Virus record (IMG/VR): IMGVR_UViG_3300024272_002379
Source of the DNA: a virus
Lineage: Duplodnaviria > Caudoviricetes
Reading direction: 5' to 3' (one strand)
DNA: 64,000 nucleotides
The notes beneath the pieces were generated by a model. That model saw nothing but the letters and a program-made list of their open reading frames with translations, searched no databases and was not told the origin of the DNA. Positions 28,252 through 37,677 of this stretch are shown one piece after another (within the stretch, counting starts at the first letter, position 1; each line of letters opens with the position of its first letter). Both the position numbers and the translations under genes were made by a program.

Positions 28252-29805
28252 TTATATCACCTCCTTGGTTCCTAGTGCTCTGTAAAAAATTCTAGGATTA
28301 GCAAAACACTCTGCTAATCTTTTAAATGTGTATTCTGCAATATATCCATAGCTTTGGTCACATTCTACGTTTTTCCATTTACCATTAAGAAATGTAATAT
28401 TCATTTTCTCTTCTGTGGAATCTGGACTACCAGTTGACCAGTTAAAATAAGATAACGGATTATGATTTGAATCATAGAATATATTATCTATAAATGACCG
28501 TGTTCCATTAATCCAATAGGTTTTACCTGATATAGTACGATTTTCCACAAATGTATTTTTTGCTGACGAGTCTATCAGACACAGTTCACAACCCATTTCT
28601 TTCATTTTATTGGTTGTATCATAAAAGTCATTTAAACTTGCATCATTGCAAAAAATAATTTTATTACCGTAGAAATCTGCATTGGTTACATATGCTGGAA
28701 CAGTGTTAATAAAATTGCTTTCAATAACTATTTCTCCATCATCTGTATAGTGTCCAGTCACACAAATTTGTTTTCCTCTTTCAACAGAATAAACGAATGG
28801 CAGAGGTACATCAACTACCTTTCCATCTAAATCATACCTAAAGTATAATTTTATATTTTTATTTCGAATACCAGTTAATGTTCCAGCAGGAATTGTATGT
28901 GTAATACTAATTCGTTCATTTACATTAGTCTGTCCAGGAATTGGAGAAGAACAAATGATATTTCCTTGTGGAATATCAAATTCACCATTTGTGATATTAT
29001 GAGGAATCATTTGCATTAGCTGCTTTAATTCTGTTGCAGTATCTATATGGACAAACTCCAGTAACTGTATTCTAATATCATCCTTAAGGTCAGGTATGCA
29101 ATTTTTAACATATTCTTGACCGTATTTTAGCCAATTGCCAGCATTTGCAGCTATCTCTCTTGCGTGTAATAATATACGATTGGTATTGAACAAGTACAAG
29201 ATTAACTCTTCCATTGTTCGTTTCTGAATATCATCTAATTCTGCTTTATGATAAATTAGATTGTTACGATAGTCACTTGTAACTTGGTCTAAATGTTCCA
29301 CCAAAGCTAAATCTATTTGTGTTTTAGTTCCAGAATACTTCAGCATATTCAAAGTTTCGATATTGTCATGAATGTGTGGATTATCCGAAAGAAGAAGTCT
29401 ATTCAACTCTTCATTTAAGATATCCATATTACTCAAATCATGAACGTGTGCTGTTGGTCTACGTCTATTTTTTAATCGAAAATCGTTTCCTTGACATATG
29501 GTGTCTGCACTATTTCCAAAGTCTTTATTGAAAGCTGATTGTTTTTCAAAAGCAGGCTCTCCACCAAAATCATGAATAGAAAGTAGTATATGTCCAGTTT
29601 TTTGATTTAGAGAAAATAAAAAACCATGCTCACCAAGAACATCTCTCTTTAATCTGGTTAATGCTTCATTTATCATTGCTTCGACAGATTCTTTGGAATA
29701 ATTATTCTCAATATCAAAATAACGCTGAACTATTCTTAAAAGATAAGATTCGACTTCATTTACTTCTTTCGTAAATTGATTGTCTTCGTGTTCTCTTAAG
29801 TTCAT
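28252..29805 (-). CDS. tail-fiber-like protein with C-type lectin domain
   Basis: C.GND.RL...R.P..H.H fiber motif; C-terminal YWING...YFNW..G.PD...W....C....GYI.EY C-type lectin pattern. Confidence 0.65.
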   Translation of the reverse strand: MNLREHEDNQFTKEVNEVESYLLRIVQRYFDIENNYSKESVEAMINEALTRLKRDVLGEHGFLFSLNQKTGHILLSIHDFGGEPAFEKQSAFNKDFGNSADTICQGNDFRLKNRRRPTAHVHDLSNMDILNEELNRLLLSDNPHIHDNIETLNMLKYSGTKTQIDLALVEHLDQVTSDYRNNLIYHKAELDDIQKRTMEELILYLFNTNRILLHAREIAANAGNWLKYGQEYVKNCIPDLKDDIRIQLLEFVHIDTATELKQLMQMIPHNITNGEFDIPQGNIICSSPIPGQTNVNERISITHTIPAGTLTGIRNKNIKLYFRYDLDGKVVDVPLPFVYSVERGKQICVTGHYTDDGEIVIESNFINTVPAYVTNADFYGNKIIFCNDASLNDFYDTTNKMKEMGCELCLIDSSAKNTFVENRTISGKTYWINGTRSFIDNIFYDSNHNPLSYFNWSTGSPDSTEEKMNITFLNGKWKNVECDQSYGYIAEYTFKRLAECFANPRIFYRALGTKEVI

Positions 29806-29819
29806 ATTTACACCTGCCT

Positions 29820-31034
29820 TTATAAAACAAAGATTCGTTTGGAATACACTGTATAGATGACTCTTGCATCTTTTACTTCTTCAGCTATATCATCTTGAGA
29901 GCTTAATACTAAAACGATTGCATTGGTGTTATAATCGGTTTCCATTTGTAATGAACCTGTAACAATATTATTTTCAAACATAATATGAGGAAGCGGGCCA
30001 CGAACTGTTCTACCAGTTGACAATTCCTTATATTCTATTTGCGTTTCTATTTGACAATCAGATAAAGCCTGCCCTCTATTAGTAAGCTCGTTTAAAATAA
30101 CTGGGTCTATGTTAACACTTACTGTTTGTTGTGTTCCAATAGCGTTAATGTTAAGCACAGAAGCGATAGAAATATTCATCGCTCCTACTAACATATAGGA
30201 ATTATTCACAATCTCCAGCATGTCTGTTAAAGCATCTCTTGTGATAAGATTTCTAATTTCTTGTTCTAATTGAACTTTTGCCTCTCCAACAATTCTATCT
30301 GAGTATTGTTTTGATAACTCATAATGGTCATTATTTGAATCCACTACATGCTGATTAAGATTAAGAACTTCAGTTTCCAATCTGACAAATTCTGTATTTA
30401 CATCTCGTATTTTATTATCTACTTCAGTTCTGTAATTGAGTACTTCTCGTCTTACTTCATCTGCAATGCTGATTACTCTATTTTCTAAAGTATCTAATAC
30501 CGTTAAATCAATAGATGAATTATTTCCTGTATAAACAAGCATGTTCAACAAAGCGTGATTTCTATGAGTATGTAAGAGTGCATTTGTACGGTTCAACTTA
30601 CCTTCGATAGTACTAAGAATGCCTTCTAGTCCAATGATTTCTGATATTTCATGTTCATGACTTAATGGAAGTCTTGCATCATACAATCTTGGGTCATTAC
30701 CTTCGCAAGCTGTATTTTGCTCAGTACCAAATGGAACATTGAATGCAGATAATTTAGGAGCTATTAAAGGTTCGCCGTTTAAGTCTTCCAGCGTAATAGT
30801 AACTGCTCCAGTTCTTTCTTCCCCATCTGGCATTATGACACTCAGAACTCCAATAGTATCAAAAGATAATTCTTCCTTCATACGAGCTACTGCTTTATTA
30901 ATAATGTATTCTTTTGATGTACTGGATGCAACATTTGAACTTGCAAAATACTCTTGTACTAAATTTAACAAATACCGTTCAACGGTATCAGGATTTTTCG
31001 TAAATCGGTTGTTAGATAGTTCTTCCATTCTCAT
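29820..31034 (-). CDS. tail-fiber-like protein, paralog of 28252-29805
   Basis: N.FTK...VE.YLL..VQ.YF, K.SAFN..FG, CEGNDPRL.DAR.P..H.H.ISEI.GL. Confidence 0.65.
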   Translation of the reverse strand: MRMEELSNNRFTKNPDTVERYLLNLVQEYFASSNVASSTSKEYIINKAVARMKEELSFDTIGVLSVIMPDGEERTGAVTITLEDLNGEPLIAPKLSAFNVPFGTEQNTACEGNDPRLYDARLPLSHEHEISEIIGLEGILSTIEGKLNRTNALLHTHRNHALLNMLVYTGNNSSIDLTVLDTLENRVISIADEVRREVLNYRTEVDNKIRDVNTEFVRLETEVLNLNQHVVDSNNDHYELSKQYSDRIVGEAKVQLEQEIRNLITRDALTDMLEIVNNSYMLVGAMNISIASVLNINAIGTQQTVSVNIDPVILNELTNRGQALSDCQIETQIEYKELSTGRTVRGPLPHIMFENNIVTGSLQMETDYNTNAIVLVLSSQDDIAEEVKDARVIYTVYSKRIFVL

Positions 31035-31399
31035 GGAGTACTTCCTCCTCTCTGTGAAGCAATTGATGTCATTTCACTTTCAAGCATATCAAAAACAGGA
31101 CATGTTGTACATGTTCTTACAATTTTTACATCTTCAAGCACGCTATCTTGTACGTCAGTAGATTGTTGAACTTTTTGTAATACATTTTCTGTTTCACCTT
31201 GGCTGTTAAGATAATCGCCATAATACAATTTATGTATTTGACTGATTTCTAAGCCGTTATAATTAGGCCAATTAGTTTTAACAAAGGCCAATCTTCCATC
31301 ATTGTTTTCAAAGTCATATGTTAAATCAACTGTATCTGATGGCTCTATTACTCTGACAAGTTTATCATCCTGGGCTCTATCTCTGATGAGGATTGTCAT
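31031..31399 (-). CDS. hypothetical protein, probably the C-terminal extension of 31425-32081 via +1 frameshift
   Basis: No strong RBS; its frame is open back to the CCC-TAG of the upstream gene. Confidence 0.6.
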   Translation of the reverse strand: MTILIRDRAQDDKLVRVIEPSDTVDLTYDFENNDGRLAFVKTNWPNYNGLEISQIHKLYYGDYLNSQGETENVLQKVQQSTDVQDSVLEDVKIVRTCTTCPVFDMLESEMTSIASQRGGSTP

Positions 31400-31424
31400 T
31401 CCATCATCAGAGCCTATTTCGACA

Positions 31425-32081
31425 CTAGGGAAATCGCTGTAGGTCTGGATTTGTCATTCCATAGTTAGCTTCTACCTGAGCATCCCAGTATAGAATAGCA
31501 TAACCATTTAATACAGGTTTTTCTCTTAAGGAATTTGCCTGCATTTCTATGACAACTTTAAATCCAAACTTAATATTTTCAGATAAGTGTAATGGCAATT
31601 TTAAAGAGTTCGGTAATATAGGCCAACGCTCTCCTGTATATGTTTCCAGATAATACTTAATCTGAGCACCTACAGGAACGTTTTGATTAGTAATTAAAAA
31701 GAAGTCATTCATCTCTATCTCTGGACCATGCACACTATATATAACTGTACTAATTGCAGTACCCTCGTTATTATTTCTATCAATGGTCAACTGAGTAGTA
31801 GGAAAATCGACTTCAACTCCGTTAGATGCATTCATGTTTATATATTCACCTGTCTTAAATGAATCTATAAACATAGCGTTTGTAAATAAATTATTATCAA
31901 AAATTGTATATACTCGTTCTTCGAATGCTGTATCTTTTACTATATTGGTATCTTGCTGCTGTGTATTTATATCGTCCTGTAATTTATTTACGGTTTGTGC
32001 ATCAACTCTTTCATGAGAATCATTAACGTGTCTCTTATATTTTGTATATTGTCTTTTGGTATCAAATTCATTTAATGCCAT
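31425..32081 (-). CDS. putative virion structural protein ending in TTT-CCC-TAG
   Basis: AAAGGAGTG RBS; KPVLNGY strand like neighbouring structural paralogs. Confidence 0.65.
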   Translation of the reverse strand: MALNEFDTKRQYTKYKRHVNDSHERVDAQTVNKLQDDINTQQQDTNIVKDTAFEERVYTIFDNNLFTNAMFIDSFKTGEYINMNASNGVEVDFPTTQLTIDRNNNEGTAISTVIYSVHGPEIEMNDFFLITNQNVPVGAQIKYYLETYTGERWPILPNSLKLPLHLSENIKFGFKVVIEMQANSLREKPVLNGYAILYWDAQVEANYGMTNPDLQRFP

Positions 32082-32095
32082 AATTACACTCCTTT

Positions 32096-32356
32096 CTAAT
32101 CTATATCTATCATGTCTACAACTAAATTAGGAATATCAAGATAATATATTTTTCCATCTGTAACAAAGAAGTGTTCTTTCGTTCTTGCATTCATCATAGA
32201 TGGTCTAAATGTCGGCTTTTCAAAATCTCCGTTAAACTCCCAGTAGCAGGTTCCTCCTGATTCCTCAGTGAAGAAACAATATGTATTCCCAGACATAGGC
32301 GATTCCATTAAGTATCCTATGATAACGCCGCCACGCTCTACTGGTTTGATTTTCAT
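32096..32356 (-). CDS. DUF6527-like small protein
   Basis: W.FNGD.EKPTF.PS.......H.FVTDG.I.YL signature. Confidence 0.7.
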   Translation of the reverse strand: MKIKPVERGGVIIGYLMESPMSGNTYCFFTEESGGTCYWEFNGDFEKPTFRPSMMNARTKEHFFVTDGKIYYLDIPNLVVDMIDID

Positions 32357-32371
32357 TTTTACTATATCTCC

Positions 32372-32866
32372 TTATACTATTATATTATGATATCCGTATG
32401 TATAACTATCTGTAAATACAGGCTTAACATAGATGTCACAATTTTCTTCTAGCATATAATCTCTTGAGATAATGTCTAAATAATATTCCATTTCCATTTT
32501 ATCGTTTACTGTATATTTTTTCATTACCGTATCTAAGGTAATTAATTTATGTATTCGGTTAAAGCTATAAGCCATTGTACTTAAGCTAAAGCCATTCATG
32601 TATAGTCTAAATTGATGGTCTCTATCTAAGTAAGCATCATGTGGAAGTTCCCATGTTGCATTGTCATTGTATGGTAATTCAATACGCTTAATAACTGGAT
32701 TAGGGATATTAGGGTTTTCAACTATCTCTAATAACTCCGTTCTGACACCAGAAGCATAGGTGTCATCTTTATACTTAGCATAGATTTCATAAGCGGTAAC
32801 ATTTTTAGCAGTCAATCTTCTGAATGTAATTGTTTTCTTAAGTAATGCGGGAATAACGTATTCCAT
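32372..32866 (-). CDS. hypothetical (probably structural) protein
   Basis: AAGGAGGT RBS, beta-rich, in the structural operon. Confidence 0.6.
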   Translation of the reverse strand: MEYVIPALLKKTITFRRLTAKNVTAYEIYAKYKDDTYASGVRTELLEIVENPNIPNPVIKRIELPYNDNATWELPHDAYLDRDHQFRLYMNGFSLSTMAYSFNRIHKLITLDTVMKKYTVNDKMEMEYYLDIISRDYMLEENCDIYVKPVFTDSYTYGYHNIIV

Positions 32867-32876
32867 AATAACCTCC

Positions 32877-34019
32877 TTATGTTGTTACCACAAAATGGGC
32901 TGGTGCTGAAACTTTACCATATACATCAAATAAATAAATCGTAAATGAGTATACGTGATTTGGTAAAGCCCTAACTTGCATTTTAATTTCATCTTGCACA
33001 GATGATTCAGAGAAAACAGCAACTGTTTCTTCTAAAGGAATATTGTATTTGTTTAATCCTAATTTTCTATGGTCTTTTGCATTGTAATAGATGCCGTCTT
33101 TACGAACAACCATGTAGCTTTCTGCATCTGTATCATTTAAACCAATAGGTGTATCGGGATTAGCCTGGTCTTCTTTTCTTAAAATAACCATTTTCTCTAT
33201 TGATACTGGTAATAAACTCTGGTAAGTTGGCTCACTAAAATCGCTGTATTGTTCATTTGATACATTTTGTAACTTATAAGATTTCAATTTTCTGTAATTA
33301 TAAGTTTTATTATTTCGCTTCCATGGATTTGGGATTTCTAATACCATAAAGTTATTGGTAACAATTGGTCTAAGAGAAGCGTTAACTTCCTCTCCTTTGA
33401 ATATAGGGACTGTTTCGACTACAGGAATTCCAAAACGTTCAAATGCAGATGTATTACTAATGTCCCCAATTTCCAAAGGTTCATCCCAGGAAACAGACGA
33501 AACATAATTCCAAATACCAGAACCATCTTCTTTATAGTCGTCGCAAGAATATAGGTGTCTTGTACCGTCAAATCTATAGTCCGAATCAATCATTACACCA
33601 TTTACTCTGGAAAGATGAGTGATAAGACCATTAGCTTCGTCTACTCCAATAACTGAGTAATATAACATTGTTCCGTTGTAGACAATAGGTAATTCATTAA
33701 AAATGAGTTTATTGACATATGTATAATTGTTAATCTTAACAATGTCTATTTCTGTTTCATACTCTGTAACTGGAATAATATTTTTTACTGGACCTTCGTA
33801 AGTTACCCCTGCTTGTGGTCTTATAGGAGTATCATATACAATATAGCATTGCTGACCATTAACCTCGTGAGTATTAGCAGTGGATTCATCTATAATAATT
33901 GTCGGGCGAATGGTTTTAACTTTTGCTATTGTATTTATATCTTCTGGCGACTTGGAACAGTAAACATATAGCTTATATATATCTGATAACTTAGGTATAA
34001 TAATTTTTGTACAATACAT
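32877..34019 (-). CDS. hypothetical (probably structural) protein with FN3-like C-terminus
   Basis: Y.FTIY.FD..G..S.P terminal pattern; GAAAGGTGG RBS. Confidence 0.6.
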   Translation of the reverse strand: MYCTKIIIPKLSDIYKLYVYCSKSPEDINTIAKVKTIRPTIIIDESTANTHEVNGQQCYIVYDTPIRPQAGVTYEGPVKNIIPVTEYETEIDIVKINNYTYVNKLIFNELPIVYNGTMLYYSVIGVDEANGLITHLSRVNGVMIDSDYRFDGTRHLYSCDDYKEDGSGIWNYVSSVSWDEPLEIGDISNTSAFERFGIPVVETVPIFKGEEVNASLRPIVTNNFMVLEIPNPWKRNNKTYNYRKLKSYKLQNVSNEQYSDFSEPTYQSLLPVSIEKMVILRKEDQANPDTPIGLNDTDAESYMVVRKDGIYYNAKDHRKLGLNKYNIPLEETVAVFSESSVQDEIKMQVRALPNHVYSFTIYLFDVYGKVSAPAHFVVTT

Positions 34020-34035
34020 AGATATCCACCTTTCT

Positions 34036-34067
34036 AAAAAAATAGGCTGGATTATCTCCAGCCTATT
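34036..34067 (-). terminator. intra-operonic terminator-like hairpin
   Basis: AATAGGCTGGA-5nt-TCCAGCCTATT 11-bp stem followed by a T-run on the minus strand. Confidence 0.75.
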
Positions 34068-34087
34068 GTAATCCTTATTAAATTATA

Positions 34088-37000
34088 TTATGAAATCTCA
34101 ACACATTCAAGCAATATTTCAGGAGTCTCACCTGTTACATTGGTGTAAGAATCTTCTACGATTAAGTTATACTGAGGCATGTCTCTCTTTGAATAACTAT
34201 CGACAAATTCTATAATAGGATATACACCAAAACCTAACCATCGCTTTACTTTAGCTTCCACATCAGCTTGTGTAAATCTTCCGCCAAATTCTTGTAGTAT
34301 ACTATTATCGAGTCTTACAATTATGACGCCGTTTTCCTGATATGGTTCACCATCGTAATAACCGATGTCCAGATAATAATCGGATTCTGGCTCAAGAGCT
34401 TTTCGTATCGAATCTCTCATTGATTCCAATACTCCACCGCCTCTTGTTCTTGAGTCTATAAGAATTGTTGAGTGTAGTGAAGTGTTCTGTCTAATATATA
34501 CTGAACCAATATAAATATCATGGTCTGATTCTGGCTGAGCATTGTCTATTTGGTGATACAGCGTATCCTTGTTTTCAAGAATAACTGTTCCAATGTCTTC
34601 ATCATTTTCCAAATCATATATTAAACTGTCGTTACTAGCATCTACTTCATATTCAACTGTTGGTCTCATAAAGAAATAGACAACCTTATTGAATAAGTTC
34701 TTAGATGGTTTAGTTTCAGAAGGAGTATAACTTAAGTCTGAATAAGTATGATACATATTAGGATTCAAATCTATTCTTGCAAAGTCGTTATTATTTCTCC
34801 AGAATCCTCTATAAATATAACTCTCTTCGACGTAAGTGTAATCGCAAACAATATTATCGTTTTCACTTATCGTTTCTTCTGTAATGATTATACCATCTGA
34901 AAATGAGATGTCTTTAATATGAATTTCAAATAACTCGTCATCTAACTTCTTAAATAGACTAATTGTTGTGACATTTTCTTTTATGAATAGCGGGAAGCAT
35001 TTCGTTTTAACCATGTGAGAATTCAATATGGTTACAGGTTCCTGTTTAATGTCTACATAAGGTTGTCCATGTACATCAGAATAATGTTGTTTGTCATATT
35101 CTGGCATAGTATAGCAAACCTTAAGATGAGTTCCATATTGGTCTAATATTTGGCTATAATGTCCAAACTGAATTCTTGGATACCATGAATCTAATAATCC
35201 ATCTTCTCTTGGTGAATCAACTTTAATGTGTCTTGTGTCAATACACTTTACTTTAAAACCAGGATAGATATATCCTTTCTCCACAAAATACGGATTGTCT
35301 AAATTCAGTTTCTTTATATAACCGCCATTATCATTGTCCCAGAATCCAGTGTCGATAGTCGTTTCTGCTGTTAAGAAGCCGCTTCCATCTGGATTACACT
35401 TAATATTTACAGCTCCTCTATGTTCAGATGAGATATTCGTAATCGTTACATAGAATACAAAATCTGTATCTTTAGATGTAATTACAGGAGCAACTCTTGA
35501 TGCTGCTTGGTCATACAATATCAAATCAAATGGAGAAAGTAATATGCCATCAGATTCTGGAGATATAATCATGCCTCTTCCATCGAACTTATTGTATTCA
35601 GCAGGTAATGCATAATCTTTATTTAAAATACTTACCGTTCTAGGAGAAGATGTTATTGTAGCAGCGGGATTCTTTCTTTCAGCCGTTACTGTGTATGTAA
35701 AAGAAACATATCGACGAGTATCCTGAATGCGACATGGCTCAGGTAATTTAATTTTGTTTACTCTGGCTCTAACATCAACTGGCTCTAAGAAGAAATCTCT
35801 ATTTTTCACCATAAATGGGTAATTGTAAATTTCTTCTGTTACACCATTATCAATAGCAATATTATCCGTATCGGAATCATTAAAGGCATTGTAAACCACC
35901 TTAAATGTATCCGCTGAGCTAGATATGAATGAAGTATAAAGCTCTGCATCATATCTCATAGGAACTTGCTTTGTTACAAGATTGAAATCATCTGATACTT
36001 CCTCTATAGTTTCGTATTCAGATACTTTCAATTTCATGTTGTGTTTATATCCGTTAGGGACGTCTTTCAGTGTAGACGTAAATATCTGTACCGCATCTCC
36101 TTCGTAAAAGCCATTACTATCTGGTCCACGATAATCGTATATCGGACGTTTTAATGGATACTTATAAAAGCAAGCAATACCGTCTTTAAATACGTCGGTC
36201 AAATAAATATAATCAGATTCTATTCTGTAGAAGTTTTTTAACTGAACTTCGCCATTTTCATCTGTTATATACATTGGTCTTCTTAAGTATCCCTGCTCGT
36301 CAGAGAACATCAATATTTCATTATTTCCTTCTGGATTAACGTTACCAACTCCGTTACCCTTGGTAACAGCACCACGATAATAAGCAATTCCGTCATAATC
36401 GTACCAGACTCTTCTTACGATACCAGTATAATTACAGGTTGCTTTATATTCAGCAGCAACTTGTTTAACAGTAGTAATTGTCTTTTTCAGAAGACCTTTA
36501 TAATTAACAACAACATTATACTGATAAGTTCCTTCGATTGCTTTTGTCGCTATACTGTATTTATACTTTGCCTTAAATCCTACCTGTGTATCTTCGGCAC
36601 TAGGATTAGTAGCAAACATTGAGATACTGTCCATAACAACAACAATATCTTTATTCTCACTCATGGCTGATTGAATTCTTGAATAAAAGCCTTCTCCAAC
36701 ATTACCACAATAACTACTTGCTATTGATAGGAAGTTATATATTTGACCATAATCATATCTGTCTGTTGAGGCATTATATACAGCTTCAAAAACCGTAGGG
36801 AAAATAGAATAACCAACATCTATTGTCATATCTTCTTTTGGACCAGTATATGAAATAAATTCGGCACTGATTGAATAATTGTTGATTTCTCCATCCTGTC
36901 CAGCAGTTTTGAAAACTTGTTCGTATTCAATAGAATCAAAATATAATACGCCCATAGCTTCGTCATACATATTGGCTTTTGAGTTAACGAAGTTTTTTAC

Positions 37001-37666
37001 ATCTCTATCACCATCAGTAGCAATTAACTGTATGGCATCTACTGTAATATCTCTAGGCCACATGCTACCAGTGTTATTTGGAGTAACCATCCACGTATTG
37101 AGAGCTTCTGGGCTAACATAAGACCCGAATATTTCATGATAATTAAGTTCATGATTAAGAACATCTCTATCACGTATTTCTACTGTTGTTACGTCTATTG
37201 TTTTTGAAACTTCGTAATCAACTGCATCTAAATACAGGTTACCAGAATATCCTACGTCATCTACGTATTCAAACATTTTTACAACTTCTGATTTCTCAGT
37301 CACGAGCATTTCTTTCGTTTGAATGACGTTCTTGGTTTCTATATGGGCTTCTGGATACCAGTTAACATACATGCGTCCTAAACGTCCCTTATAACCTTCT
37401 TCATCTTCGTATAGTACAGACTTCGGAAATAAGTCATCATCATCAATAGCTTGGTCAAAAAGGTATCTATATGCTTCCTCAACTCTATGGTCAATAGTAT
37501 TTCTTGGAGCTTCTGCCGTTAATACCTTTTCACTATCTGTTGCTACTGGATTGAAATAATAAGCTAAGTTTACTGCGTTTTCAGGAACGCAACGTCCTAT
37601 CCTAAGGGATGGTTCCTTAGGATAGTTAGTTACGGTATCATTAAAAGGTTTGGTTGCTTTAAACAT
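34088..37666 (-). CDS. large virion/baseplate structural protein
   Basis: 1192 aa; repeated Y......Y.G.(L/V) strands, W.PRI..G motif, C-terminal D.R.RGGG...D.G..DG.PY...GV.I domain. Confidence 0.6.
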   Translation of the reverse strand: MFKATKPFNDTVTNYPKEPSLRIGRCVPENAVNLAYYFNPVATDSEKVLTAEAPRNTIDHRVEEAYRYLFDQAIDDDDLFPKSVLYEDEEGYKGRLGRMYVNWYPEAHIETKNVIQTKEMLVTEKSEVVKMFEYVDDVGYSGNLYLDAVDYEVSKTIDVTTVEIRDRDVLNHELNYHEIFGSYVSPEALNTWMVTPNNTGSMWPRDITVDAIQLIATDGDRDVKNFVNSKANMYDEAMGVLYFDSIEYEQVFKTAGQDGEINNYSISAEFISYTGPKEDMTIDVGYSIFPTVFEAVYNASTDRYDYGQIYNFLSIASSYCGNVGEGFYSRIQSAMSENKDIVVVMDSISMFATNPSAEDTQVGFKAKYKYSIATKAIEGTYQYNVVVNYKGLLKKTITTVKQVAAEYKATCNYTGIVRRVWYDYDGIAYYRGAVTKGNGVGNVNPEGNNEILMFSDEQGYLRRPMYITDENGEVQLKNFYRIESDYIYLTDVFKDGIACFYKYPLKRPIYDYRGPDSNGFYEGDAVQIFTSTLKDVPNGYKHNMKLKVSEYETIEEVSDDFNLVTKQVPMRYDAELYTSFISSSADTFKVVYNAFNDSDTDNIAIDNGVTEEIYNYPFMVKNRDFFLEPVDVRARVNKIKLPEPCRIQDTRRYVSFTYTVTAERKNPAATITSSPRTVSILNKDYALPAEYNKFDGRGMIISPESDGILLSPFDLILYDQAASRVAPVITSKDTDFVFYVTITNISSEHRGAVNIKCNPDGSGFLTAETTIDTGFWDNDNGGYIKKLNLDNPYFVEKGYIYPGFKVKCIDTRHIKVDSPREDGLLDSWYPRIQFGHYSQILDQYGTHLKVCYTMPEYDKQHYSDVHGQPYVDIKQEPVTILNSHMVKTKCFPLFIKENVTTISLFKKLDDELFEIHIKDISFSDGIIITEETISENDNIVCDYTYVEESYIYRGFWRNNNDFARIDLNPNMYHTYSDLSYTPSETKPSKNLFNKVVYFFMRPTVEYEVDASNDSLIYDLENDEDIGTVILENKDTLYHQIDNAQPESDHDIYIGSVYIRQNTSLHSTILIDSRTRGGGVLESMRDSIRKALEPESDYYLDIGYYDGEPYQENGVIIVRLDNSILQEFGGRFTQADVEAKVKRWLGFGVYPIIEFVDSYSKRDMPQYNLIVEDSYTNVTGETPEILLECVEIS

Positions 37667-37677
37667 ATCTACACCAC

